Shown: positions 13,492-26,974, counted from the stretch's first letter. The stretch: DNA of 64,000 nucleotides from Pecten maximus (GCF_902652985.1 NC_047017.1:50530001-50594000); one strand, 5' to 3'. Translations and numbers: made by a program. Notes: generated by a model from the sequence alone, not told the origin.

Positions 13492-15109
13492 CAAAAGTAA
13501 CACATTCTGTTAATTACAAAAATTAAAAGTCAGTGCAACCAACCATTTATGATAGATATCTGAATAATAAAAGGCAATAGTTACTAGGGTTTTTAATATA
13601 AATATATTTATGATAAATAAACAGCTAAATGCTGTTCAGAACCACTGATCAATTTTTTTCAGAATATACAATCATCAACAGCTTAATACATTGCTAATAG
13701 CCAACAGTGTTTAAAATTAATTAATGAAGTAATTAATGTTAATTACTATCAAATCACAATTATAGATTATATAAGTACCAAACTAGCTAAATTATGCAAA
13801 AAAGTTATGAATTGTCAATAGTCACATTGTAAGTTAAGTTAAGAACCACCAACCGTTGAAATGCGATTACAGTGTGCAATGAAACGTCAACAGTTACACA
13901 TTAAGTATAAAGTACAGAACCACTAACAGCTAAACAAAGATAAACTAGAACATCAACATATACCTCTGTAGTATCAGAATATCCAGTAGAATTTGTTTAG
14001 GGATTTCAATGTGTCCAATACTCGGTCCTGCGGCGATCAATTTTATATTGAATGTACCACTTTTTGTTCGATGTCGTTTATAAAATGCAAATACTTACTG
14101 CGCTCATCAAGAAATGTGTGGCGTTATTTACCGGGCTACAGAAATACAATATGAACAATTGATTATTTCTACTGGTAACTGGGAGCTTATGTAGTGTGGG
14201 TTTTTTTTTTTTTTTTTTTGTATTTCATAGCGAAATTGGTTAGAGTGTGAGTTATTGGTGATGGAATTACAAAGATGCTAATGTTCAGGTTTGGCAGGTT
14301 AAGAGAGAAGAATCAGTTTCAATTTGGAAAAAAACATATAACATGTGAACGGGATGGTTCATGTGGAGAAGGGTATCTATAGATAAATAGCGCTAACAAG
14401 GTAGATGAAAAAGTAAAACACGAAATCGTTTATACAGCGTGTTTTCGGTGAAATAAAATTTTGGTTAAAGCATAAATCATTCTAACGGGCATTTAGTACA
14501 AATCTGTTACCGTATTGATATCCAATATACCAGGAGGCCCGCACAAGAACTGACTACAATACCCATGTCATTTCATAAGTAGATTTATTACGAAATCATT
14601 GGTGAGCAGCGGCGGAACACATGCTACTATGTATCTCTAAACTACGTTACCACGTGACGTATAGGTAATGACGTCACATTACCACCAACATCTTTGGAAC
14701 TCGAGTTCGAATGTGTTGCACAAACAGGTATATTATAATGGAACGCAATTGAATACTGAGTAAGTTCCAAGGAAGGCGGTCATCTCTATAAAATATACGC
14801 CTCAAACATAAATCCCATTATATCCCCTTTTTACAACTTACGCATGAGCAACATTGACATACATAATTTATACGATTTCATCGCAATTGAATATTCGCCT
14901 GTTCGGTTCTGCTGATACGGCGCGTCCATTACGAGTACAGCATGCCTCATTTCCAACAGTAGAACCGTTGACCAGTGTTGAAACTGTCAGCAACTTCGCA
15001 CTTCTGGCCTGCTAAGCAGGCGTCCTCAACCAGATGACGTAGTGATATCCATTGAGTGACATACATGTACAATGTACGTGTAACGAGGCCAGGTGACCTA
15101 CCACGTGTC

Positions 15110-15738
15110 ATACAATATTGGACGTTGTGTCGGGTACGCGGATGGCCAGTTGATCTGCAATTTGTACTATGATATTGGACGATGTGTCAGGCATGCGGAT
15201 GGCCAGTTGATCTGCAATTTGTCATACGATATTGGACGATGTGTCAGGCACGCGGATGGCCAGTTGATCTGCAATTTGCCATATGATATAGGACGATGTG
15301 TCAGGCACGCGGATGGCCAGTTGATCTGCAATTTGCCATATGATATTGGACGATGTGTCAGGCACGCGGATGGCCAGTTGATCTGCAATTTGTCATATGA
15401 TATTGGACGATGTGTCAGGCACGCGGATGGCCATTTGATCTGCTATTTGTCATATGGTATTGGACGATGTATCAGGCACGCGGATGGCCATTTGATCTGC
15501 TATTTGTCATATGGTATTGGACGATGTGTCAGGCACGCGGATGGCCATTTGATCTGCTATTTGTCATATGGTATTGGACGATGTATCAGGCACGCGGATG
15601 GCCATTTGATCTGCTATTTGTCATATGGTATTGGACGATGTGTCAGGCACGCGGATGGCCAGTTGATCTGCAATTTGTCATACGGTATTGGACGATGTAT
15701 CAGGTACGCGGATGGCCAGTTGATCTGCAATTTGTCAA
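15110..15738. repeat. Minisatellite, 57-bp unit, ~11 copies, just 3' of SULT B stop codon
   Basis: Unit GATATTGGACGATGTGTCAGGCACGCGGATGGCCAGTTGATCTGCAATTTGTCATAT at 15171, 15228 and onward. Confidence 0.95.
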
Positions 15739-15754
15739 ACGAAAGGTTTATCGT

Positions 15755-17819
15755 CTAAAGGGAAAACCGCAAATTCGTTTTTGAGTTTTGCATTCGTTCA
15801 AAGTAAACTGTATCGAAAAGATCATTTTGTCCAACAATAAACCAGTTTTTCCAATCGCCAACTTCTCCTGCAAATAACAAAGCATTTCTTTAAAATTGGA
15901 CTCCCGGATCATAACATCCATGAGCATACAAAGGGTATTAGCTTCTACATAAGTACATTTGTATGTATTACGATCACTTCGCTACATTAACTTCGGCCAT
16001 TGGTTGTTTTACATATTAATGAAATACTAAGATTGGATCTTCCTTTGTGAAAACTATTGTCCGATTGCCTACCTCTTCGATACATATCGGGTTTGCCCCC
16101 TCTCCAATCGTCTGCATCCTCCAACGGCTCCTTGTCCGACTTCATTGTGTTGAAATCGCATAGTTGGGCAATGCTCTGTATAAAGACGTCATCATATGGG
16201 ACCTCCAAAAACGTCGCTATCCGCTCAATCTCCAGTACAGGATTCTAATGCCACAAAAAAGACATGAAACAATTCAATCACATTTGGCTTACATTAATAG
16301 TGTATTTAAGCTAATTTGTAATGGTATTGTGTGTGCGAGAGTTATGGAAGGGGAGTCAAATAAACGTACTATACATGTACAGTGTATAAGACTGGTCAGT
16401 AGCCGGTGACCAGTACGTGTTCAGAAAGGAGAGCGGGCCGTCATCTTATCACAATCTTAGATAAATATTCTCTAATTTACGATACCGTGTTAAATTGTAC
16501 TGTACTGTTCATTTTACCCACCGATTTCATATCTTCGTAGTAAATAACAAGGATAGGATAGTCTGGAATTTGAAGGATGAAATTCTCCCAGCTGAGGGTA
16601 AAGTCGAACCAGCTGCCACAGTCCACTGAAAGAAAGTAACATAATATATTGAACAGGGTAAGGTATACATTATGTGTACCACGTTCTATTATGGTTTTAC
16701 AATGTTTTTAAACTACAGGACATCGACCGTTTTTTCGCATTTAAAGATTTCAGGAGACTGTTTCAATTAGTTTGTATATTTTATAAATGTTACCATCTCC
16801 TCGGAGAAATCTGGGCAGATAATGTTCCCATGATCCCGTGAATTCGTAATCCAGAAGGTTGACGTGGTGATTATAAAAGGAAACGGACACATCCTTTGGG
16901 TTCCGGATCATGTACAGTATTTTACATCTCCGATCGAGCATGTCCTTAGGCACCTGTCCGTACTGGACATGCGTGTTGACAACTCGTGGAGACGGAAGGT
17001 TGTCAAACCGGGACTGTTGTATAAGTTCTAACATGGCCGACTCTTTCACGCCAGGGATTCTCTCAGCCTTATTCCTCGTCAACATTGACGTCACCTCCCA
17101 TAGCCAATGTGTTCCTAGGATAAAACACACGTTCTCATTGGAAATCAAACTAATAAACTTTATCTTTTTTACAGCATTTGAGCAAAAGTGATATAACTTT
17201 AACTCATATCATTGCTCCAATGACAACTACAAGTATTTAATGAGAGTCAAACAAATCCCATCCTACATTTCAATACTATATCTGCAATAAAGTAATATAG
17301 TTCAAACATTAGAATTTCGGATTCAACGATTTGTATTCATCGCATTTCATTTGTATACGTAAAAAGATATGTTGAAACTTTTAACTATAGTCAATGTAAA
17401 AACAGGTAGCCGTACGTAAGTTACGTTATATCCGAATGCAGAATTTATATTTTGTATACAGTAGTATTTTTACCGTGTAAAACTGCCCGGGGTTTCATGT
17501 TTTGTTTATTGGTGAAGTGGTGATATTGTAAAAATCAAATAAAGCATACAGTTTTAAGTCAGCTATCTGATAATGAGTTCTCATTTTCAAATCAAATCCA
17601 GGACATTTCCACCTTATGAAAAACTCATCATTTTAAAATCTCACCGGATTTAGGATAGGCGCAAATAAGTACATCATCGTCACGTGCTTGCCACGTGGGT
17701 ATTGACCTGATTTCGTTTTCGTGATCGGGTACGGAGCTATTCCCGGCCCTGTAGGTTCCATCTACCTCTAGTAGTGTCAGTGTGTTCCCACTTTCGTCAG
17801 GCACCCGTACAACCGGCAT
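15755..17819 (-). CDS. Cytosolic PAPS-dependent sulfotransferase (SULT1-like), paralogue B, 294 aa, 5 coding exons
   Basis: Exons 17819-17645, 17114-16794, 16625-16522, 16244-16073 and 15867-15755 are all GT-AG and total 885 nt in frame. The first four exon sizes (175/321/104/172) match paralogue A. Motifs AYPKSGTHW, VNTH, RNPKDVSVS and [12 protein letters not shown]. Confidence 0.95.
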
Positions 17820-18930
17820 GGCGCCCCTATATATAAAACGGGGTGTATATATGTTAGTGATATATACTTAACGATGTGAGGTCAACACAGTAATCGATTT
17901 TAAGGTACTCCAGTGTTCTGCCGAGGAAGATTTGTGGAATAACCAAACGGTTTGTTATCAATGATGAACCCCTCCGCTAATGCTTTGATGTAGTATATTT
18001 GCTAAGGGGTAGTTACAGAAATATTGAAAACAGAAATTTCAATATATTATTATTCGAATTAGTTAAAATGACCTAGTTTATAATTGGTACATAATTAAAA
18101 TCTACAGAATTCAGAGAGCTGATCTAAAATATTTTTGTTTTGTGAAGACAAATTTAATATCATTGTATTAGTGTTTATCTATGTCGTGCCAGGCTTGTTT
18201 TTGTTCAAATAATAAATAAAGTGTTTTACTGATAAGTTCCATCATAAAAACGGTCCTTTATATGCATGTGAAACATGTAGACTGTCTGATTTGAGCTTTT
18301 TCGCATCGTTTTTTTTTTTTTTTTTAATTGACACGACATAGATTAATACTAATACAATGCTATTAATGTAACTGTTTCACAAAAATAAAAACAATAGATA
18401 AGCTCTCAGACTTCTCTAGTTGTTCATTACACAGCAAGAAGTCGTGTTTAACCAGACATAGACCTGTACGTGTGTGGCCCGTGTAGACTTAGTCCAGGCG
18501 TGTCTTGACACAAACGACCCGGTTTCAATACAAACGTTTTTTGCCGATTACTGATCAACATAAGACCTACGTTAATGCCGTTATGGAATTAAATGTCTTG
18601 ATTATATCCACAAATGGTAATTATTGATGAAGTCAATCCATCGGATAAATCGAATATTTTGCTTGGTCCCGTCGACTTCGACTTATCCGAGTTTTACTGT
18701 ATATTGTACTAAACAGGTCTACGGTGCGTGGTCATCAATCACATTGCCCTGTATGTGTTCATCTGCATGTAAATACCTATCACTTATATATCTGTGATGT
18801 TTATCAAATCTGACGAAGTATGTAGATATTGACATTAATTTTAGTCGCGATAACAACCGATATAACAATACTACATCCATAAACCAGTCAACATCTATAC
18901 AGGTATACAGACGAATACGTACACACTTAC

Positions 18931-18990
18931 CTGTCGGCTGTGTTCTCAATACTGAACCCTAGGCTAACACAACACGGGAATTAGGCCACA
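18931..18990 (-). other. Candidate non-coding 5' exon of SULT B
   Basis: Strong minus-strand donor CAG|GTAAGT at 18931/18930, and an acceptor TATAG| just upstream of the ATG (~17827). The 5' boundary is a guess. Confidence 0.5.
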
Positions 18991-19727
18991 AAATCAATAC
19001 AGACGGCGGGGCTATACAATAAACAGCGTATACCCAGATTTAAACCAGATATTTAAACCAACGAACATTTAAAATATCGAGATATGCATAATCAGACTTG
19101 CGTAATGGGAATATTATACAATGATCTTTAATATTCGTGATTCCGCTGTTTATAAAAAGTTAACTAGAAATATCGAATGCGTTCTACAAAATGGATAACA
19201 TTGAAAAATTAATACTATTTGGTTACTGCACGTGAGTTTTGTCTTATCATCATAAATGGGAAGAATCATCGTTTACATGTATGCACATAGCATGGGGATG
19301 TACGAAACTTTAGAAAGTGTTAAATTTTTGTATATACAAACAGCTGGAATGCTTTTATGTTCATAAAAAGTATTAATGTCACCAATTGATATTGCGACAA
19401 CATTAGCATATACTATTTTTCCTCCGACATTATCGACGTATTTACTGAAATGATTGGTCAAGCTATCGTCAAACATTGTAACTCCCTACTGAACATAAAC
19501 TAATAGAACATGTCTGGGGATCGTTTGGATAATAAAGTTTTTGGTCCGATAAATCATCAGTAACAAATAAAAGATCAATGCTACCCCAATCCCGACAGAA
19601 TGATCGACGCCTAAGAAATAACACTTTTGCCTGGACCTAGAATAAGATTATTTTGCCGAAAGTGTTGTTTAACAATTCTCTTAAAGCATTACCGGAAGAA
19701 ACGTTTGGGGATCACTCCAATCGACTT

Positions 19728-21020
19728 CACTTAACCTACTGTTGTAACGAGGGAAACACTTAACCTACTGTTGTAACGAGGGAAACACTTAACCTACTGT
19801 TGTAACGAGGGAAACATTTGACACTTAACCTACTGTTGTAACGAGGGAAACATTTGACACTTAACCTACTGTTGTAACGTGGGATACACTTGACACTTTT
19901 GCCTGCTGTTGTAACGAGGGAAACATTTAACACTTAACCTGCTGTTGTAACGAGGGAAACATTTGACACTTAACCTGCTATTGTAACGTGGGATACACTT
20001 GACACTTTTGCCTGCTGTTGTAACGAGGGAAACATTTGACACTTAACCTACTGTTGTAACGTGGGATACACTTGACACTTTTGCCTGCTGTTGTAACGAG
20101 GGAAACATTTGACACTTTACCTGCTGTTGTAACGAGGGAAACATTTGACACTTAACCTACTGTTGTAACGAGGGAAACACTTAACCTACTGTTGTAACGT
20201 GGAAACACTTAACCTACTATTGTAACGTGGAAACACTTAACCTACTGTTGTAACGAGGGAAACATTTGACACTTAACCTGCTATTGTAACGTGGAAACAC
20301 TTAACCTACTGTTGTAACGTGGAAACACTTAACCTACTATTGTAACGAGGGAAACATTTGACACTTAACCTACTGTTGTAACGTGGAAACACTTAACCTA
20401 CTGTTGTAACGAGGGAAACATTTGACACTTAACCTGCTATTGTAACGTGGAAACACTTAACCTACTGTTGTAACGTGGAAACACTTAACCTACTATTGTA
20501 ACGAGGGAAACATTTGACACTTTACCTGCTGTTGTAACGAGGGAAACATTTGACACTTAACCTACTGTTGTAACGTGGAAACACTTAACCTACTGTTGTA
20601 ACGAGGGAAACACTTAACCTACTATTGTAACGTGGAAACACTTAAACTACTATTGTAACGTGGAAACACTTAACCTGCTGTTGTAACGAGGGAAACACTT
20701 AACCTAATGTTGTAACGAGGGAAATACTTAACCTACTGTTGGTACGAGGGAAACACTTAACCTACTGTTGTAACGAGGGAAACATTTGACACTTTTGCCT
20801 GCTGTTGTAACGAGGGAAACATTTGACACTTAACCTGCTATTGTAACGTGGAAACACTTAACCTACTGTTGTAACGAGGGAAACACTTAACCTAATGTTG
20901 TAACGAGGGAAACATTTGACACTTAACCTACTATTGTAACGAGGGAAACATTTGACACTTAACCTGCTGTTGTAACGTGGAAACACTTAACCTACTGTTG
21001 TAACGAGGGAAACATTTGAT
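19728..21020. repeat. Minisatellite with interspersed ~28/29/37-bp unit variants
   Basis: Core CACTTAACCTACTGTTGTAACGAGGGAAA with an optional CATTTGA-type insert. Confidence 0.95.
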
Positions 21021-21204
21021 ACGTTTGCCTGTTTACGTATAAAAACGTAAAATCAGAGTTATCTTACAGACTGCCTCTAGCGTGTTTTATGTATTACAGA
21101 GAACACACAACAATGTACCATAATTATTCATGATCGATTCCTGTGTTATTGGCCACTCACAGCTGAACGTACACAACTCAAATTCTGACTACATGTTGAT
21201 TAAA

Positions 21205-21832
21205 CACTGTGAATTAGAGGACACTCATCAGATTGTGATTTAGAGGACTTTCCTAAGATTGTGATTTAGAGGACTCTCATAAGATTATGATTTAGAGGAC
21301 TTTCAAAAGATTGTGATTTGGAGGACTCTCATAAGATTGTGATTTAGAGGACTCTCATAAGATTGTGATTTAGAGGACTCTCATAAGATTGTGATTTAGA
21401 GGACTCTCATAAGATTGTGATTTAGAGGACTCTCATAAGATTGTGATTTAGAGGACTCTTATAAGATTGTGATTTAGAGGACTCTCATAAGATTGTGATT
21501 TAGAGGACTCTCATAAGATCGTGATTTAGAGGACTCTCATAAGATTGTGATTTAGAGGACTCTCATAAGATCGTGATTTAGAGGACTCTCATAAGATTGT
21601 GATTTAGAGGACTCTCATAAGATTGTGATTTAGAGGACTCTCATAAGATTGTGATTTAGAGGACTCTCATAAGATTGTGATTTAGAGGACTCTCATAAGA
21701 TCGTGATTTAGAGGACTCTTATAAGATTGTGATTAAGAGAACTCTCATTAGACTGTGATTTAGAGGACTCTCATCAGATTGTGATTTAGAGGACTCTCAT
21801 CAGATTGTGATTTAGAGGACTCTCATAAGATT
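21205..21832. repeat. Minisatellite, 26-bp unit, ~24 copies
   Basis: GATTGTGATTTAGAGGACTCTCATAA in tandem. Confidence 0.97.
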
Positions 21833-24352
21833 ATCTTTTCGAATTCAGTTTGCGTGCCTCTTTCATACATTTGTATATATTATATATTATATAGCGGGTT
21901 TGTACATCCACTGTTGTTGCCCTTCAGTCTTTCAACGGACGAGTATTGGTATAAACCGCTGTGTTTTTCCCTATTGACATACATATCACTTATATATATC
22001 ACGTAAGGTGACTAAGCCAGATCGGCTGACCTTATCGCTGACCACAGGAGCCAGGAAGACTTTGATGTATAAAATAATAGGTAGTCTGTAATATTAATGT
22101 TCTATAAATAGCTCGGAAGAATAAATGTCGGTGACGGCCATCAATCACTGACATCTCATGGCCACAGTACAATGTATATCCGAAAGACAACGAAATCCTA
22201 ACTGATCGATATTCCAATATAAAAACAACAATAAGCAACGAAAAGCGAAATAGTACGGACACGGACTTACACTTCCGGTTGAAGATCTGCATGCAATATA
22301 CTGTACATTTCAAGCGCATATGCGCTTTCGATTGATCATTGCATTTTTTTCAACCTGCCAAATCGTTTTTATTGGTAATAAATTGCAAATGACTGTCAAC
22401 GAAGAAGATAATTACCTGTAAGCAAGGTATTGCCTTCAAGAAAAACCCGAAGTTTCGATAGACATTGTCCGGGTCAGCGTCATTCTAGGTCAATCGTGTC
22501 ACTTGTTTTGACGACTCATTGAACCGAGGAAACAATAATGTGGGGATGACTCAGAACGGTTATCAATAGTACTACTCTTCTGTCACATACATTACCGGAC
22601 ACGACTGACTTTTTTAGAGTCCAAAGTAAATCAGGATTAAACAGTATATCACTATATCCGTGCATTTCATCCACGATACAGCAGCATTCATAAGATAAAA
22701 AACGAAACCGATGTATCGACCAGGAGACGAATCCGGAATAAACTGTGTGGTTTTTTTTGTTTTTTTTTATTGTATTAATTTTGTTAAAATGGATATAGGT
22801 AAAACATGAGAAATTCACCAAAAACCTCATCACAAAACACCGATACCGGATATCTATATGATATTTGGTGTACTTTGTACACGATGTCTGTATGATTGAG
22901 AAAATCGGATTATTAATAACGTTTCTGTAACATCCTTCACGAAACTAGATATTAGCTAGACTGTCTTAGATTTCATTTAAGAATTACAAAAGAATGTCGA
23001 TCTTTTATTTTACCCTGTCAAACACGGATTAGATAATCATTAAGTCCACGACAATTAAGTATCCCTGTCAGTACAAGCAATACAATTACATATCGCACAT
23101 TTGGGTGGACTATACGATCTCACAAATGTACGCTCGATGGATTTATTTAGATATCTCTGAGGATAAAAACTGATTTTTTTATAGACATAATCAAAACTAA
23201 TATTCATTTTTTTCAAGTGACAATAACAAACTTTTAGTCAAATTATTATATCGCATCTAAATCGTATCGGGTCCTACTTCCCCTTACAACATTCATGTTT
23301 CTCTCAGGCTCTGTTTTAACTGTTAACAAAAACACAACACAATGTAATGTGTTATATTTATATGGGAGTTTATATCCAGTGCATGTCCCAGAAGACAAGT
23401 GAGTCGATTATTGGACTTTCTCGCCCTATTTTAATACATTTAATTGCCGACTTTATAATCCGGTAATCAATTGCGTTCCCTCTATGACACTTTGAGGCGT
23501 TTAGAGAGGTGCGTTATGTAGCATGAGTAAGGAAACCCGAATGACACTCATCTGGCATATCATCACAGTTCACGTCTCAACTTAACTAATTCAGCCAATC
23601 GGCTGTTGTTTCTCCATTAGAACAAAGTCCATTAAGAAGTTTAAATGAATCATTGAGGGGATGGTGTCATTAGTAATGATACAATGTATATAGTAAAACA
23701 AGATATATCTTTAAAAAAGATAAACGGCATAGTTGTAATGATGGTAGTTATAATGTAAAACTGCTGGTGAAATAAATCGATAACAAAATTATATCAGTTT
23801 GAATCATTTTTGGTGATAATAAGACTGCATTTGAATAAGGAATATAATTTTATTAATGTGTCATTTGAAAAGATACATCCACTTATTCAGCTTGCATTCG
23901 ATCTTAACTTTATTTCGTTTTTAACTGCATATCTGTATTTTGCAATTACCGCTGCATTGACCAATCACATACTTCATCTTGACCAGTAACGCCACCTGTC
24001 GCGTCATATCCGGGGCCAAAAGAATATCATACGGCTATGCCGAAAAACAAAATAGACACGACAATCGCTATCAGAAACAAGCTTCCTACATGTAACATTC
24101 ATTGGAATACTTGGGCGCGTTCGGATGTTCTACCCTTTCGGTTAACATGTTTGACTGTTAACCGGCTAGTTATGATTTTCTACTGATTATCAAAGTAAAC
24201 ATTCAAAAATACTTAAATCACATTAACATAGAGAGTCAAGTAAGAATTTAAACTGTAAAACCTTAACGATTACAAGTAATACTTTTCTACAAATAAAACT
24301 ATATATAAATGAGTGACTGTAAGATAACTACATGCTAATTTTTAATATAAAT

Positions 24353-25016
24353 GTGTTAACACTACGTCAGAGACATATATAGATATGTCTCTCACTACGT
24401 GTAGCTTTATTGAAGTTAGTGTTAACACTACGTCAGAGACATGTATAGATATGTCTCTCACTACGTGTAGCTTTATTGAAGTTAGTGTTAACACTACGTC
24501 AGAGACATGTATAGATATGTCTCTCACTACGTGTAGCTTTATTGAAGTTAGTGTTAACACTACGTCAGAGACATGTATAGATATGTCTCTCACTACGTGT
24601 AGCTTTATTGAAGTTAGTGTTAACACTACGTCAGAGACATGTATAGATATGTCTCTCACTACGTGTAGCTTTATTGAAGTTAGTGTTAACACTACGTCAG
24701 AGACATGTATAGATATGTCTCTCACTACGTGTAGCTTTATTGAAGTTAGTGTTAACACTACGTCAGAGACATATCTATATATGTCTCTCACTACGTGTAG
24801 CTTTATTGAAGTTAGTGTTAACACTACGTCAGAGACATGTATAGATATGTCTCTCACTACGTGTAGCTTTATTGAAGTTAGTGTTAACACTACGTCAGAG
24901 ACATATATAGATATGTCTCTCACTACGTGTAGCTTTATTGAAGTTAGTGTTAACACTACGTCAGAGACATATCTATAGATATGTCTCTGACTACGTGTAG
25001 CTTTATTGAAGTTAGT
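24353..25016. repeat. Minisatellite, 66-bp unit, ~10 copies, each with an internal palindrome
   Basis: Unit GTTAACACTACGTCAGAGACATGTATAGATATGTCTCTCACTACGTGTAGCTTTATTGAAGTTAGT gives 22-aa periodic ORFs on both strands. Confidence 0.97.
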
Positions 25017-25390
25017 CAATCGGAACTCTTCTGGTATTCTTTTCCTAGTTTGCCGGAAAGGCCCGAGGTTATCCGATTGTGAAGTCAGTAAGACGGGGTT
25101 GTCACGTGATCTATTGGCCTTCCGTTAAAATTAGGTATTTACATTACCGGAGTGTAATTGCCGTTTCTACTTCCGTAAACTTTAGGCTGGCGTTTAGAAT
25201 TACGATTCCTTACACAGACGCCTTTTTTCTAATTTCTGCAATTTGTGAATAATTGATGACAACAACATATGAATTGAAGATGTTAATTTTAAAATGCTCA
25301 CACGGAATGGAATAAAAATGTGGATTTTACTTTGGAATTATATGTTGTATACCTCCTGTAGTTGACAACCTTTTCTTCAATTTGGAATCA

Positions 25391-25505
25391 GCTGTTTTGC
25401 TATTCCACCAATTGTAGGGTTGTTTTGCTATTTCGCCAATTGTAGGGCTGTTTTGCTATTCCACCAATTGTAGGGCTGTTTTGCTATTTCACCAATTGTA
25501 GGGCT
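25391..25505. repeat. Short tandem repeat, ~28-bp unit, 4 copies
   Basis: GCTGTTTTGCTATTCCACCAATTGTAGG repeated. Confidence 0.9.
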
Positions 25506-26197
25506 ATTCTGTCAGTGCAGGTAACGTCCGATTTATTTATCTATCTATTTATTTTATATTTAACCTCAACTAAACCAAATCTTGGATACCATATACATCA
25601 CTAGGACACACTAAACACGGGTTATTTCTGTACGGGATCATGCTATATCCCAGGTGATCCTGAGGTGATGAAGTTCTACTTACATATACATAAAAATGTA
25701 TACTCTATATACACTTAATGATATATTAACCGTATCCTTGCTCAGGGTGATGTGGTAAGGACCACCTTAGTGTTGACGAAATTGTCACTTTGACCTTGGG
25801 ACGTTAAACACCCAGGTGTTATGATTCCCTCGGATGTACGTGTCCAGCCAATGTCCGGTTTGTCCGTAAGTGTGATGACCTGACACTCGCACGATGACCA
25901 ATACACAGGATACGTAAGATGTGTCCGAGCGGTATGATGTTTCACCTCATTACCGCTGTCACATTCCTTTGAAGTATCACAGAGACGAAAACCCCTTATC
26001 ATCTGTTCAGCCTCGGTGTTATCTTCTTACTGTACAGTCTAATCAAAATTGTACTTATAATTCCACGCCTGTCGAGGGGGAGCAGAATTATACAATAACA
26101 ATTAAATTGTCGAGATTTTCTTGCGGATTTATATATTGTCTATTCCTACATCAAGTAGAAGGACTAAAGATCTATATGATGTAGTTTGTCTTCGTTA

Positions 26198-26533
26198 TAT
26201 CCATCCATCCATCCATCCATCTATCCATCCACCATCCATCCCAGCTAGCCAGACACCCATTCCATCCATCTATCCATCCATCCATCCCAGGTAACCAGAC
26301 ACCCATCCATCCCTCCTCCTCCCATACATCCATCCACCATCCATCCCAGCTAACCAGACACCCATCCATCCCTCCTCCTCCCATACATCCATCCACCATC
26401 CATCCCAGCTAACCAGACACCCATCCATCCCTCCTCCTCCTATACATCCATCCACCATCCATCCCAGCTAACCATCCATCCATCCATCCATCCCAGCTAG
26501 CCAGACACCAATCCATCCATCCATCCATCCACC
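26198..26533. repeat. (CCAT)n-derived repeat with 59-bp higher unit
   Basis: CCAT microsatellite with CAGCTAACCAGACAC...CCTCCTCC recurring at 26296, 26355 and onward. Confidence 0.9.
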
Positions 26534-26974
26534 CGTAAACTTCATTGCAGACACGTAACAACTGCTCTACAAAACTTACTGCAGAAGTTGACCAACATGT
26601 TTCATTTCCACTTTCTAGAGAAATAAATACCCCGATAAAATATTTTAGCAGGCAAGAGTTGTTCAATGCAGAAATTGGGAAAGATTGTTTTCAACTTTTG
26701 CTGCACCATGTTTGAATTGTAAAAGTATGGATGGTTTTAAAATCTTCAGTCATCGATAAGGCATAATCTAGAATGAAATACACCATCAATCATCAATCTT
26801 TATTTCCCCCTTTACGGAGATATATGTTACATGAAAAATGGCCTTTGGAATTGATTCATTTTTGAATATTTTGGAAATTCGCTCGCTTAATCAATAAAAG
26901 ATATGACATTTAGAGAAAGGTTTTAAGTTAAAGTTTTATTATATATACCACCACTATTATTTGTATACCAATTC

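Noticed and set aside
15093-15784. Cys/His-periodic 221-aa ORF resembling a metal-binding repeat protein
   Set aside because: It is a translation of a near-identical 57-bp DNA repeat, antisense to the SULT B 3' UTR, and several frames are open.
18650-18701. Single Tc1/pogo-like MITE end (...TTATCCGAGTTTTACTGTA)
   Set aside because: No partner TIR was found, so boundaries cannot be set.
24342-25019. Long ORFs on both strands
   Set aside because: They follow from a stop-free 66-bp unit. There is no synonymous variation or splice context.
25510-26100. Possible minus-strand solo LTR (TGT...ACA ends)
   Set aside because: Only 3-bp inverted ends and imperfect flanks (ATTC/ATTA), which is too weak.
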